This document shows positions 22,162-31,549 of a DNA stretch of 64,000 nt, piece after piece. The translations under genes were made by a program, and so were the position numbers. This DNA comes from an uncultured delta proteobacterium (GTDB lineage: Bacteria > Desulfobacterota > Binatia > UBA9968): assembly GCA_963816145.1 (NCBI GenBank), contig CAWFJP010000014.1, positions 352,001 to 416,000 of the forward strand. The letters run 5' to 3'. The notes under the pieces are model-generated. The model saw only the letters and a program-made list of their open reading frames with translations, was not told where the DNA came from and made no database searches. Each line of letters opens with the position of its first letter. The first letter of the stretch is position 1.

Positions 22162-23157
22162 ATGCATAAACTTTTCGTCTTAATTCTCACTCTTGGCCTC
22201 GGCGTTCTCTCGTTTGCCGCGCCGGCGGCGGCGCAGCCGTTGGAGAAGTTGCGTTTGACCTACAGCGCCATCGGCGGATCGCAGGCGTCTTTCTGGGTTC
22301 CTTACGAAGCGGGCCTATTTCGCAAGTATGGACTCGACGTCGAATTGCTCTACGTCGCCGGCGGCGGCCGCGCCGCGCAGGTCGTGCAGTCGGGCGAAGT
22401 GCCCATCGGCGTGTTTACCGGCGGCGCGGTGATCAATTCCAACCTTGCCGGCGGCGATCTGGCGGTCATCGCCAGCTCGATGAACGTGATGACTTTCGCT
22501 GTCATGGCACGGCCCGAGATCCGTCGGGTCGAGGATCTCAAAGGCAAAAAGATCGGCGTGTCGCGCTTCGGTTCGGCCACCGATTTCGGCCTGCGTTACG
22601 TCGAAGAGCAGTGGCCGGTCAAGCGCCAGCGCGATTTTGCCGTGCTGCAAATGGGCGGCGTCAGCGACGTTTACAATGCGCTGCGCGCCGGAGTGTTGGA
22701 TGCGGCGGTGATCAATGCCGAGCTGGCGATTCTCGCCCGGCGCGAAGGTTTTCGCGAACTTGCCGACATCGCCAAGATGGGCATTCAGTTTCCGACTTCA
22801 TCGGTGATCACGACACGCAGTTATATCAAGCGAAATGAAAACACCCTGCGCAAATTCATCCGCGGTTTCGTCGAAGGCGTTCATTACGCTAAAACCCAGC
22901 GCGCGCCGACGATCAAGATCATGATGAAATACCTGCGCAGCAGCGACGCGTCGATGTTCAACGAGCTCTACGACATGTACATCCTGCAAAATATCCCGCG
23001 CATCCCGCGGCCGTCGCCGGAGTCCTTGAAGACCGTCATCGACCAGATGGCCGAAACCGATCCGCGAGTTGCGGGTTTAAAACCGGAGCAATTTATCGAC
23101 GGACGGTTTCTTGCGGAATTGGAGAAGGAAGGTATTATTCAAAAACTGTGGAAGTGA
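22162..23157 (+). CDS. ABC transporter substrate-binding protein (SsuA/NMT1-like)
   Basis: Signal peptide, GLDVEL, DLKGKKIGVSRFGSATD. Confidence 0.88.
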   Translation: MHKLFVLILTLGLGVLSFAAPAAAQPLEKLRLTYSAIGGSQASFWVPYEAGLFRKYGLDVELLYVAGGGRAAQVVQSGEVPIGVFTGGAVINSNLAGGDLAVIASSMNVMTFAVMARPEIRRVEDLKGKKIGVSRFGSATDFGLRYVEEQWPVKRQRDFAVLQMGGVSDVYNALRAGVLDAAVINAELAILARREGFRELADIAKMGIQFPTSSVITTRSYIKRNENTLRKFIRGFVEGVHYAKTQRAPTIKIMMKYLRSSDASMFNELYDMYILQNIPRIPRPSPESLKTVIDQMAETDPRVAGLKPEQFIDGRFLAELEKEGIIQKLWK

Positions 23158-23178
23158 GAATTAGACGAACAAGATATG

Positions 23179-23228
23179 GACTAACACGATTCCTCTGACC
23201 CGGTATTGGGTCAAGCGGCAGGTTAGGC
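23179..23228 (-). mobile_element. Degenerate integron attC site
   Basis: Minus strand GCCTAAC (overlaps DUF2283 stop)...TGACCC-N6-GGGTCA hairpin...GTTAGTC. Confidence 0.55.
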
Positions 23229-23420
23229 CGTAATCTGCCCGTAGGAAAACTTCGGAATGTCGGTTCGCTCGCTCGCGTGCTCGATGGTTATCCCGCAGAT
23301 GTTGCCGCTATCGTCGAGATCAAGGATCGTGTTCTCATCAAGGTCTTTGGTTTCAGCCACTTCGATAGCGCGAAACTCGATGTATAGGGTGTCCGTGTCT
23401 TGAAAGTATTTGATCTTCAT
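23223..23420 (-). CDS. DUF2283 family protein (putative antitoxin)
   Basis: MKIKYFQDTDTLYIEF...DLDDSGNICGITIEHAS. Confidence 0.88.
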   Translation of the reverse strand: MKIKYFQDTDTLYIEFRAIEVAETKDLDENTILDLDDSGNICGITIEHASERTDIPKFSYGQITA

Positions 23421-23601
23421 GGCGTGAATGATCGGTCAAAAAACGCGTTGTGCACCGTTTCTCCGTCTGGTAGGAGTATAACCCTCAAGTACCTTCCCTC
23501 CGCCTCATCGATCGGTGCCCACTGACGAATGCGACCATCCTCATTGGATCACCTCCTTCACTGGGCGGTTTATGACAAACTCAATCCACACATCTGTAAT
23601 A
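23417..23601 (-). pseudogene. 5'-truncated, frameshifted RelE-like (DUF4258-like) toxin partner of DUF2283
   Basis: Manual read: WIEFVINRPVKEVIQ / DGRIRQWAPIDEAEGRYLRVILLPDGETVHNAFFDRSFTP*, ATGA-coupled to DUF2283; no start codon. Confidence 0.7.
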
Positions 23602-23985
23602 TTAGCCACTTCTTGCTTGCAGCGGTCTCAGAGTGACATTTCCACCGCGTTGGACTTGAACAGTCAGCTCATATCCCTCAACCAGAGACATTCCAACGAG
23701 CGGAAAAGTTTCGGCTTCGTCCACGGGAATGCGTCTTGGCTCTCCGTCCCAATCCACCGTGGCTTCGTAGATATCGAAAACGCTCTCACTGCCGTCTGCC
23801 AAAAGCGCACGACCTCGTTGGCGCCACGTCAAACCAAGTTGGGCGATAATGGACGATGGGAGACTAAGCCACCCGTCAAACCCTGTGTCGATAATCGCTT
23901 CGATCTCTTGATCTTGTCCGGTGGGACCACGCACCTTGAGGCGGATAACCGCTTCGCGGCGGTCCGTCACAATGCCGGTAATCAT
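23602..23985 (-). CDS. Clan AA aspartic protease (AF_0612-like)
   Basis: IDTGFDGWLSLP, LADGS, PLVGMSL. Confidence 0.88.
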   Translation of the reverse strand: MITGIVTDRREAVIRLKVRGPTGQDQEIEAIIDTGFDGWLSLPSSIIAQLGLTWRQRGRALLADGSESVFDIYEATVDWDGEPRRIPVDEAETFPLVGMSLVEGYELTVQVQRGGNVTLRPLQARSG

Positions 23986-24254
23986 GCCGCCGGTAATCGT
24001 GGGTAGGAACCGAAGTGGCGAACATAACGGGAGCCAATCCGCCTCAACCATATCTGAGCGTCTGGAACCCGAGTCAAGAGGCGATCGGAAGCAGTTAATT
24101 CGTCACTGTCAACCTCAAAAGTCCCGGTTTCAATATCAATCGCAACGAATTTCCCTTCGTTCTCCGGTTCCAGAACGGAACGAAGTTTATTCTCATAAAT
24201 CGCATCGCCGCGGCAAGCGAACTCTTCTTTCGTGTAACGTGGCTTGGACTTCAT
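23982..24254 (-). CDS. DUF5678-like small protein, coupled to aspartic protease
   Basis: RGDAIYE...GKFVAIDIETGTFEVD...RIG; ATGA overlap. Confidence 0.8.
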   Translation of the reverse strand: MKSKPRYTKEEFACRGDAIYENKLRSVLEPENEGKFVAIDIETGTFEVDSDELTASDRLLTRVPDAQIWLRRIGSRYVRHFGSYPRLPAA

Positions 24255-24323
24255 CGTGGCAACCTCTTTTGGAACCTGATTTCAATATACATCAGCTCTG
24301 ACAAACTTACGAACTTGGTGAGT

Positions 24324-24377
24324 GGCTAACGTTGTGGTCTGCGGCGGCAAAGCCGTCCGCAGCACCTAAAGTTGGGC
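24324..24377 (-). mobile_element. Integron attC site
   Basis: Minus strand GCCCAAC...GCTGCGGACGGC-TTT-GCCGCCGCAG...GTTAGCC; imperfect hairpin with an extrahelical base; overlaps stop of upstream cassette gene. Confidence 0.75.
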
Positions 24378-24914
24378 GGCATTTGCGCGAACATGCGTGT
24401 ACTCGTCTTTCATCCCTTGCAGAAAGCTCCCTAGTTCCTGGCGAGAACAGAGGTGAAAAACTCTCTTATTTGCCACTTGCGAAACGTATGATCGGTACCG
24501 CGGTGTAAGACGCGTATGGCAAGGCCAGAGTACCCGATAACTTTGAATTGAACTGCTGATCACCGGACTTCCTTTGGGCCAGCCTGGTGAATCGACAAAT
24601 AGTCCTTTGACCAGCCGTTTCGTGACCCACAAAGCATGCATCGCCAAGGGTAAGTCCACGAGAACCAGTGTATCTGCTGCTTCAAACCTTTCCCACGCAA
24701 ACTTGATAGATTCAAAACCGTCGATGATCCATTTTTCGCGACTCACCAGCGCAGACTGCAGTTGAAGATACTCTTCGTGTGGAACCTCAGAACCTCCCGG
24801 CCGGAACTTGACCATATCGATCACGTAAAGAGGCAATCCGGTGATTGTCGCCAACTCACGGGCGAGAGTTGACTTACCGCCACCCGCGTTCCCGAATATC
24901 GCCACTCGCTTCAT
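24366..24914 (-). CDS. FlaR/topology modulation protein-like P-loop kinase (gene cassette)
   Basis: MKRVAIFGNAGGGKSTLA, WIIDG, ADTLVLVDLP; preceded by GTTGGGC core site. Confidence 0.85.
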   Translation of the reverse strand: MKRVAIFGNAGGGKSTLARELATITGLPLYVIDMVKFRPGGSEVPHEEYLQLQSALVSREKWIIDGFESIKFAWERFEAADTLVLVDLPLAMHALWVTKRLVKGLFVDSPGWPKGSPVISSSIQSYRVLWPCHTRLTPRYRSYVSQVANKRVFHLCSRQELGSFLQGMKDEYTHVRANAAQL

Positions 24915-25078
24915 GCGGCCCAACCATTGAGTGAACAGATCTCGTATATTGGAAATCCAACAATCACCAATTCGAAAATTACTCCTGCAATCAACAGCTT
25001 GTCAATTGTCACTGCGGCTCGTATATCCAATATCGCTAGTCTCGTATATTCAATATACGAGCACCGAGGACCCATGAC

Positions 25079-25186
25079 TTACAGACCGTCGGCCAGGTTC
25101 CGCATTTCCTTGCCGCCGCGATTTAGCACATGCGTAGAGATCATCGTCGTGCCGACACACCGCTGCACCAGTAAGTCCCGGGTCAT
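25079..25186 (-). pseudogene. intI: Degenerate C-terminal remnant of integron integrase IntI
   Basis: DLLVQRCVGTTMISTHVLNRGGKEMRNLADGL* resembles ELLGHxDVxTTMIYTHVLNRGGxGVRSPxD. Confidence 0.7.
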
Positions 25187-25268
25187 AGACGAGCGCAATT
25201 CTTCCAATTAGAATCGGCTCCATGACGAAAATTGACAGCTCAGTGATTTCGAGGAGAATTTCAATCCT

Positions 25269-25862
25269 ATGAGTAATTTGAACGGGCGGATCTGCGTTTT
25301 CACCGGCTCCCGTCATGGCCAACTTCCGGAGTATACCGACGCGGCGCGGCAGCTTGGCCGCCAATTGGTCGCGCATGGTTACGGCTTGGTTTACGGCGGC
25401 GGCAACGTTGGCTTGATGACGGTGATCGCCGACGCCGTTCTCGAATTGAGTGGCCATGTCACTGGCGTGATTCCCAATTCGCTGGTTAGCAAGGAAGTGG
25501 CGCATCTCGGCTTGTCCGATTTGCGCATTGTCGATTCGATGCATGAGCGCAAGGCGCTGATGGCGGAGTTGTCCGACGGCTTTATCGCCATGCCCGGTGG
25601 TATCGGCACCATGGAGGAGTTTTTCGAGGTGCTGAGCTGGGCGCAGTTGGGGTTGCATGAGAAGCCCTGCGCTTTGCTCAATGTCGCCGGTTATTACGAT
25701 CCACTAGTTCAGTTTCTCGACCACGCCGTTGAGCAGGATTTTATCAAGCCGAAGCATCGAGCTTTGATGATTGTGGAAAGCGATCCGGGCCGGCTGCTCG
25801 ATCGCTTTGGCGAATTGATTGACGTTCATCCGGCCAAGAGATTTGATCCGAAATTGACGTAG
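25269..25862 (+). CDS. LOG family (TIGR00730) phosphoribohydrolase
   Basis: LVYGGGNVGLM, MHERKALM, PGGIGTMEE. Confidence 0.92.
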   Translation: MSNLNGRICVFTGSRHGQLPEYTDAARQLGRQLVAHGYGLVYGGGNVGLMTVIADAVLELSGHVTGVIPNSLVSKEVAHLGLSDLRIVDSMHERKALMAELSDGFIAMPGGIGTMEEFFEVLSWAQLGLHEKPCALLNVAGYYDPLVQFLDHAVEQDFIKPKHRALMIVESDPGRLLDRFGELIDVHPAKRFDPKLT

Positions 25863-25916
25863 TTGAAGAACAATCGACGATGGGGGGTGTCTTAGCTTCA
25901 CGGGAATAGAAGGTTT

Positions 25917-25992
25917 GTCATGCCGGCGCACGCCGGCATCCAGTTGTTTGCCACCCCGCCGCACCTGGATACCGGCCTGCGCCGGTATGACG
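25917..25992. repeat. REP doublet copy 3
   Basis: GTCATGCCGGCGCACGCCGGCATCC...TGGATACCGGCCTGCGCCGGTATGAC. Confidence 0.78.
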
Positions 25993-26046
25993 AAAAGAAC
26001 ACTAGACGAATTAAACTATGAGGTGGCAGCAACAATCGGAGGAATC

Positions 26047-27066
26047 ATGCCACGCTTCCTTTGTCTGACGCTTTTGCTCGGTTGCAGCATTCACTGTCAT
26101 CTTTTCACCGCCGCGTGGGGACAAACCGTTGCGTCGCCGACAGCCTTGGTCGAAGCCGCAAAAAAAGAGGGGCAGGTGGTTTTCTACACGCCGCTCAACA
26201 TCAACGACTCGCGGCCATTGTTGCAGCGCTTCGAGCAGAGATATCCGTTTATCAAGACCGAGCTTTTGCGCATGAGCGCGGAGCCGCTGCTCAATCGCAT
26301 CCTTACCGAAGATCGCGCCGGACGAAACGTCGTCGATGTGATCAATAACACTGTGATCAACGCTTTGAAAAAAGCCCGCTTGCTGCAGGCTTATCGCTCG
26401 CCTGAGTTTCCGGCTTATCTCGATCAGTTCAAAGACGCCGAGGGCTACTGGGCCTCGCTCAACAATAATTATTATGTCCTCGGCTACAACACCAAACTGG
26501 TAAGCGCCAAAGAGGCGCCCAGCGATTGGCAGGACCTGCTTAATCCCAAGTGGCGCGGCAAGATTGGCATGGATCAAGAAGAGATCGAATGGTTTGCCGC
26601 CACCGCCGACGCCTGGGGACGCGAGCGCGCGGGCAACTATCACCGCGCCCTGGCGCAGCAGCAGATTCATTGGCGCAAGGGCCACACTTTGATTTCGCAG
26701 CTGATCGCGGCTGGCGAGTTTCCTCTCGGCATCGTTTACGCGCACCGTATCGAGTCGATGAAAAAGGCCGGCGCGCCCATCGAATGGATAAAGACCGTCA
26801 ATCCGGTGTTCGTGGCGATGTCGCCGGTGGCTGTCGCTGCCAAAGCGCCTCACCCGAACGCGGCGCGCTTGCTGCTCGATTTTCTCCTGTCCAAGGATTC
26901 CCAGCAGTTTTTGCGCAACTCCAACCGGGTTTCCGGCCGCGCCGATATCGAACCGCTGGTTCCCGAGATGCATCATAGCAAACTGAAACTGTTCGCCATC
27001 GATCCGCAGATCGGCGAGGATCTGAATCGCCATACCAGCGAATTCCGCGAGATTTATTTTCGCTAA
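26047..27066 (+). CDS. ABC transporter extracellular solute-binding protein (AfuA/FbpA-like)
   Basis: AAKKEGQVVFY, DLLNPKWRGKI, APHPNAARLLLDF. Confidence 0.88.
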   Translation: MPRFLCLTLLLGCSIHCHLFTAAWGQTVASPTALVEAAKKEGQVVFYTPLNINDSRPLLQRFEQRYPFIKTELLRMSAEPLLNRILTEDRAGRNVVDVINNTVINALKKARLLQAYRSPEFPAYLDQFKDAEGYWASLNNNYYVLGYNTKLVSAKEAPSDWQDLLNPKWRGKIGMDQEEIEWFAATADAWGRERAGNYHRALAQQQIHWRKGHTLISQLIAAGEFPLGIVYAHRIESMKKAGAPIEWIKTVNPVFVAMSPVAVAAKAPHPNAARLLLDFLLSKDSQQFLRNSNRVSGRADIEPLVPEMHHSKLKLFAIDPQIGEDLNRHTSEFREIYFR

Positions 27067-27093
27067 CCCGCATAGCTCGGACTCGGAATCGAC

Positions 27094-27207
27094 TCTCGCA
27101 AAGGCGCAAAGACGCTAAGTTAGGAGCGGAATTTTAGAGCGTTCTCGCGAATGCTCGGCACCCTTCTTTTCTTTTCCGAACTTTGCGGCCTTTGCGCCTT
27201 TGCGAGA
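27094..27207. repeat. Inverted repeat element (CTCGCAAAGGCGCAAAG type)
   Basis: Arms TCTCGCAAAGGCGCAAAG / CTTTGCGCCTTTGCGAGA. Confidence 0.7.
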
Positions 27208-27312
27208 TATACTCCGAAATTTCGCTGCTAATTGCTGAGCAAGTGCTACCATTTTACCTGCGATCTCTGCTATTCAAATTAGATACCTGAAGATAAGGAG
27301 CGGCTTGTTGTA

Positions 27313-27818
27313 ATGGACTCGAATGTAAAGATTCTAACCAATCTTGAGCGCCGAACGTTGGAGGCGATTGCCGAGCGGATTTTTCCCAAGACCGATAGCC
27401 CGGGCGCCGTGGAGATCGGCGCGTTGGATTACATCGAGATCGCGCTGGCGGGCGATTATGCGGCGTTGCTGCCGCTCTATCGCGCTGGTTTGCGGGCGTT
27501 AAATCGTTACGCCAAAGTGAAGTGCGCCGGGCAGTTCGCCCGGCTCGACGGGCAGCAACAGGATCGACGTTCTCAAAGACTTCGAATCCGGCTCGGATAG
27601 CGGGATTCAAAAAAGCCGCGGAGTTTTTCGAGACGGTCAAATATCATGTTTTCGAAGGCGTATTTTGCGAGCCGCATTATGGCGGTAACAAAAATATGGA
27701 CGGCTGGCGTGTCGTCGGTTTTCCCGGTCAGCAGTGGGGTTATCCCGATCCTTACATCAACAAGCCGGTCGACATCGAGCCGGTGGCGGTGGATTACACC
27801 AAAGCGGAGGTCAAGTAG
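27313..27818 (+). CDS. Gluconate 2-dehydrogenase subunit 3 family protein (frameshift near 27567)
   Basis: ERIFPKTDSPGA...FARLD / EGVFCEPHYGGNKNMDGWRVVGFPG. Confidence 0.85.
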
Positions 27819-27819
27819 C

Positions 27820-29520
27820 ATGGCGGATTCCATTGCGGATGTTTGCATTGTCGGCGTCGGCGGCATGGGCGGCATCATGGCCAAGGAGCTGGCCTCCGCC
27901 GGTTTGAAAGTGGTCGGCTTCGAGCGCGGTCCGGCACCGAAGAAAGAGGACTACGCGCCGCGCGACTCGATTCGCTTTTTGATCCGCCCCGAGCAACTCG
28001 AATGGGTGCGCCATGAACCGACGACGACGCGGAAGAAGGCCGGACAAAAAACCAACTTGCAATACCGCACCAGCCCCTTGAACGTGTTAGGCGGGGCGCT
28101 GCTGCATTGGACTGGGCAGTCGTCGCGCTATATGCCCGGTGACTTCAAGCTCCATAGCAATGAAATCGAGAGCGGCAACGCCGAGCGCGCCAAGGCGGAT
28201 CTCACCGGCTACGATATTATCGACTGGCCGCTCAGTTACGACGATCTCGAACCGTATTACGAGAAGTTCGAGTGGGAGTTCGGCATCTCCGGACAGGCGG
28301 GACTCAATCCTTTCGCCGGGCCGCGCAAGCGCGGCTTCCCGCTGCCGCCGCTGCGCCACAGCGGCAAGATGCAGTTGTTTGCCGAAGCATGTAAAAAACT
28401 CGGCTATCATCCCTACGACACCGCGGCGGGCATCGCTTCCGAACCTTACAAGCCGGTGGCGCCGTTCGATACGCGCATTGGAGAACGGCCGGCCTGCGTT
28501 TACTGCGCGCACTGCAACTTCTACGGTTGTCATGTGCATGCTAAGTCGGCGTCGCTCTATATTACAATTCCGGTCGCGCTGCAGACCGGCAACTTCGAGC
28601 TCAAGACCAATACAAAAGTCTGCCGCATCAACAGCGACGCCAGCGGCCAGGTGACCGGCGTGAATTACTTTGACGCTGACGGCTCTGAGCATGAGCAACG
28701 CGCGCGAGTGGTGATCTTGAGCGCGTTTATCTTCGAGCATGCGCGTTTGTTGCTGTTGTCGAAAACGGATACCGGCAAGTTCGCCAAAGGGTTGGCCAAC
28801 TCGAGCGGTTACGTCGGCCGCAATATTCTCGCCCATGGCGACGTCCGCGCCATGGGGGCTTTCGACGACTTCATCGTCAACGGTTACATCGGACCGGGAT
28901 CGGCGGCCATGCGTATCGACGATTTCAACGGCAACAATTTCGATCACACCGGCTTGGGCTTTATCCGCGGCGGCACCATCGGCACCAGCGGCGATGGCAC
29001 GCCGGTAACGCGGGTCGATGTCCTGCCGCCGGACGTGCCGACCTGGGGCAGGGAGTTCAAAGAATTCTACACGCGCTATTACAACCGGATCATGGATCTG
29101 AACATGCAGCCGGAGACCTTGCCGCACAAAACCAATCGCATCGATCTCGATCCGCGCGCGCGCGACCGCTGGGGATTGCCGCTGCCGCGGGTGACCTTCG
29201 ATTTTCACCAGAACGAGCACCGGCTGCAAAAGTACATGGCCGGTGTCGGCGATCGCATCATGCGCGCCACCGGCGCGAGCAAGGTGTGGACGGAGGAGAA
29301 GGGCCGCCCCAACCGCTGGGCCGGCGGCACGCGGATGGGTGCCAACCCGAAAAATTCCGTCGTCAACCAATATTGTCAGACCCATGATATTGCCAATCTC
29401 TTCATCGTCGGCGCTTCGGTATTCCCGACCATGGCCGGTTATCCGCCGACCGCGACCGTCGCGGCGCTGAGTTATCGGACCTCCGAGTTTATCTTGCGGC
29501 AGAAAGATTGGTTCAAGTAG
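27820..29520 (+). CDS. GMC oxidoreductase (gluconate 2-dehydrogenase flavoprotein-like)
   Basis: IVGVGGMGG, DWPLSYDDLEPYY, CVYCAHCNFYGC, GGTRMG. Confidence 0.9.
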   Translation: MADSIADVCIVGVGGMGGIMAKELASAGLKVVGFERGPAPKKEDYAPRDSIRFLIRPEQLEWVRHEPTTTRKKAGQKTNLQYRTSPLNVLGGALLHWTGQSSRYMPGDFKLHSNEIESGNAERAKADLTGYDIIDWPLSYDDLEPYYEKFEWEFGISGQAGLNPFAGPRKRGFPLPPLRHSGKMQLFAEACKKLGYHPYDTAAGIASEPYKPVAPFDTRIGERPACVYCAHCNFYGCHVHAKSASLYITIPVALQTGNFELKTNTKVCRINSDASGQVTGVNYFDADGSEHEQRARVVILSAFIFEHARLLLLSKTDTGKFAKGLANSSGYVGRNILAHGDVRAMGAFDDFIVNGYIGPGSAAMRIDDFNGNNFDHTGLGFIRGGTIGTSGDGTPVTRVDVLPPDVPTWGREFKEFYTRYYNRIMDLNMQPETLPHKTNRIDLDPRARDRWGLPLPRVTFDFHQNEHRLQKYMAGVGDRIMRATGASKVWTEEKGRPNRWAGGTRMGANPKNSVVNQYCQTHDIANLFIVGASVFPTMAGYPPTATVAALSYRTSEFILRQKDWFK

Positions 29521-29624
29521 AATAGAAGAAAATCCGGAAAGATGGAGTGTCGGAGTATTGGAGTGTTGGGTAACCGGACCCACTACTCCACCGCTCCATT
29601 ACTCCAGCTCCCCAAGGAGTTGTT

Positions 29625-30647
29625 ATGAAACGCATCGTTATTTGTTTCGATGGGACTTGGAACAAGCCGGCGGATGAGTCGCTGCCGGCCGATCGGCAGG
29701 TGGAAACCAATGTGCGGCGATTTTACGAGTCGGTGCGGCCGCAGTCCGCGGATGGCGTGAAGCAAGTTAAATGGTACGACGAAGGCGTCGGCACTAAATG
29801 GTACGATCAGGTAATCGGCGGCGGTATTGGCTCCGGATTGGAGATGAATATCGTTCAGGGCTACGAGTTCTTGGCCAAGGAGTACGAGGAAGGCGACGAG
29901 ATTTATGTACTCGGTTTTAGCCGCGGCGCGTACACGGCGCGCAGTTTGGTCGGGATGGTGCGTAACTGCGGTCTCATCCAGGCCAAGCATCTTGGGCTAC
30001 GTACCGTGATGGCCTACGGAATTTATCGCACGCGGGGTGATAAAGCCGATTCCGTCACGGCGAAGCTGTTCCGGTCATCGTTTAGCCGCGAAGTGAAGAT
30101 CAAATTCATCGGTGTTTGGGATACCGTCGGCGCGCTCGGCGTACCGCTCGACATTCTCAAAGATGTGAACATGAAGTTTTACGAGTTCCACGACACCAAT
30201 CTCAGCGGCATCGTTGAAAATGCTTATCACGCGATGGCGGTCGACGAGCATCGACAAGACTACGATGTCTGCCGCTGGAATCCGGTGGAAAAGCCGCAGC
30301 AGAATATTGAGCAACGCTGGTTCATCGGCGCGCATTGCGATGTCGGTGGCGGCTACCCGGACCGGCGCTTGTCCGACATAGCGTTACGCTGGATTCAGGA
30401 CAAAGCGAGCGAGTTGGGTTTGGCGCTCGATGCCGTCAATATCGACGCGAAGATTTATCTCGGTGAATACACCGACTCCTACGCCGAGTTTCTTAAGGGC
30501 CTCTACGCCAAACGCATTGCCCGCCACTACCGTCCCATCGATATCGCTAAGTTTGGCAACGAAGTCGTCGATCCGTCGGTGCAACAGCGCCGCAAAGATG
30601 ATCGTGACTACGAGCCGCAAAACGATGGGATGCCGAAGCTCGGGTAA
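29625..30647 (+). CDS. DUF2235 alpha/beta hydrolase (Tle1-like)
   Basis: CFDGTWN, GFSRGAYTAR, GVWDTVGALG, GAHCDVGGG. Confidence 0.92.
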   Translation: MKRIVICFDGTWNKPADESLPADRQVETNVRRFYESVRPQSADGVKQVKWYDEGVGTKWYDQVIGGGIGSGLEMNIVQGYEFLAKEYEEGDEIYVLGFSRGAYTARSLVGMVRNCGLIQAKHLGLRTVMAYGIYRTRGDKADSVTAKLFRSSFSREVKIKFIGVWDTVGALGVPLDILKDVNMKFYEFHDTNLSGIVENAYHAMAVDEHRQDYDVCRWNPVEKPQQNIEQRWFIGAHCDVGGGYPDRRLSDIALRWIQDKASELGLALDAVNIDAKIYLGEYTDSYAEFLKGLYAKRIARHYRPIDIAKFGNEVVDPSVQQRRKDDRDYEPQNDGMPKLG

Positions 30648-30717
30648 CGGCGCTCGCGGCTCGACTGATTTGTCCAGCGCGAAGCGCATTGTCGATACGA
30701 GCGGGAAAATTTCTTAA

Positions 30718-31380
30718 ATGACAACACCTCTGGATATTCTTGTTACCGGCGGCACCGGTTACATCGGCCGGCATCTTATCCCATTACTCGTCGCGCGCGG
30801 TCATCAGGTGCGCGTGCTGGCGCGCGAGCAATCGCTCGGCCGGGTGCCCACCGGTGCGGCGGGAGTGGCCGGCGACGCGCTCAACGCCGAGTCGGTGGCG
30901 AGCGCGCTGCGGCCGGGCGATACGGTGATTCATCTGGTCGGCACGCCCCATCCGAGTCCGAGCAAAGCGGATCAATTCGAGAAAGTCGATTTGGTGTCTA
31001 TTCGTTCGACCGTCAGCGCAGCGCGAAAAGTCGGTATCGCGCAGCTGATTTACGTGAGCGTCGCCCAGCCGGCGCCGATTATGCAATCTTACCTCTGGGT
31101 GCGCATGTTGGGCGAGACGATGATTCGCGAAGCCGGGTTGACGGCGAGCATAGTCCGGCCTTGGTATGTCTTGGGCCCGGGCCACTGGTGGCCCAAGCTC
31201 ATCCGGCCGCTGTATCAACTTGCCGACATGATCCCGCCGCTCCGGCCCATGGTCGAGCGCTTGGGTTTGCTGAATATCGAGCAAATGGTGACCGCGATGG
31301 CCTATGCGGTGGAAAACCCGCCGCAGAACGGACAGCGGCGGATCTACGACGTGCCGGCGATCCGCCGGGCGCGGCTGTGA
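30718..31380 (+). CDS. NAD(P)-binding SDR/epimerase family protein
   Basis: VTGGTGYIG, RPWYVLGPGHWWP. Confidence 0.85.
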   Translation: MTTPLDILVTGGTGYIGRHLIPLLVARGHQVRVLAREQSLGRVPTGAAGVAGDALNAESVASALRPGDTVIHLVGTPHPSPSKADQFEKVDLVSIRSTVSAARKVGIAQLIYVSVAQPAPIMQSYLWVRMLGETMIREAGLTASIVRPWYVLGPGHWWPKLIRPLYQLADMIPPLRPMVERLGLLNIEQMVTAMAYAVENPPQNGQRRIYDVPAIRRARL

Positions 31381-31549
31381 GTGGTGCGACTGTGCACTCA
31401 AAATTTTGAACAACAAGTTTGAGCATCGATTCAGATGCCCCCCTTTGAAAAAGGGGGGGTGGGGGGATTTTCTTAAGCGAGCAGTGATTAAATCCCCCTA
31501 AGTCCCCCTTTTCCAAAGGGAGAAGGTCGGAGTCGTCAGGAGGTGAACT

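Noticed and set aside
23161-23190. CGTCTAA on minus strand
   Set aside because: No matching -35; points antisense into a gene end; better explained as integron core-site debris.
29625-30647. DUF2235 as a T6SS effector locus
   Set aside because: No vgrG, PAAR or immunity lipoprotein nearby; stand-alone copies are common.
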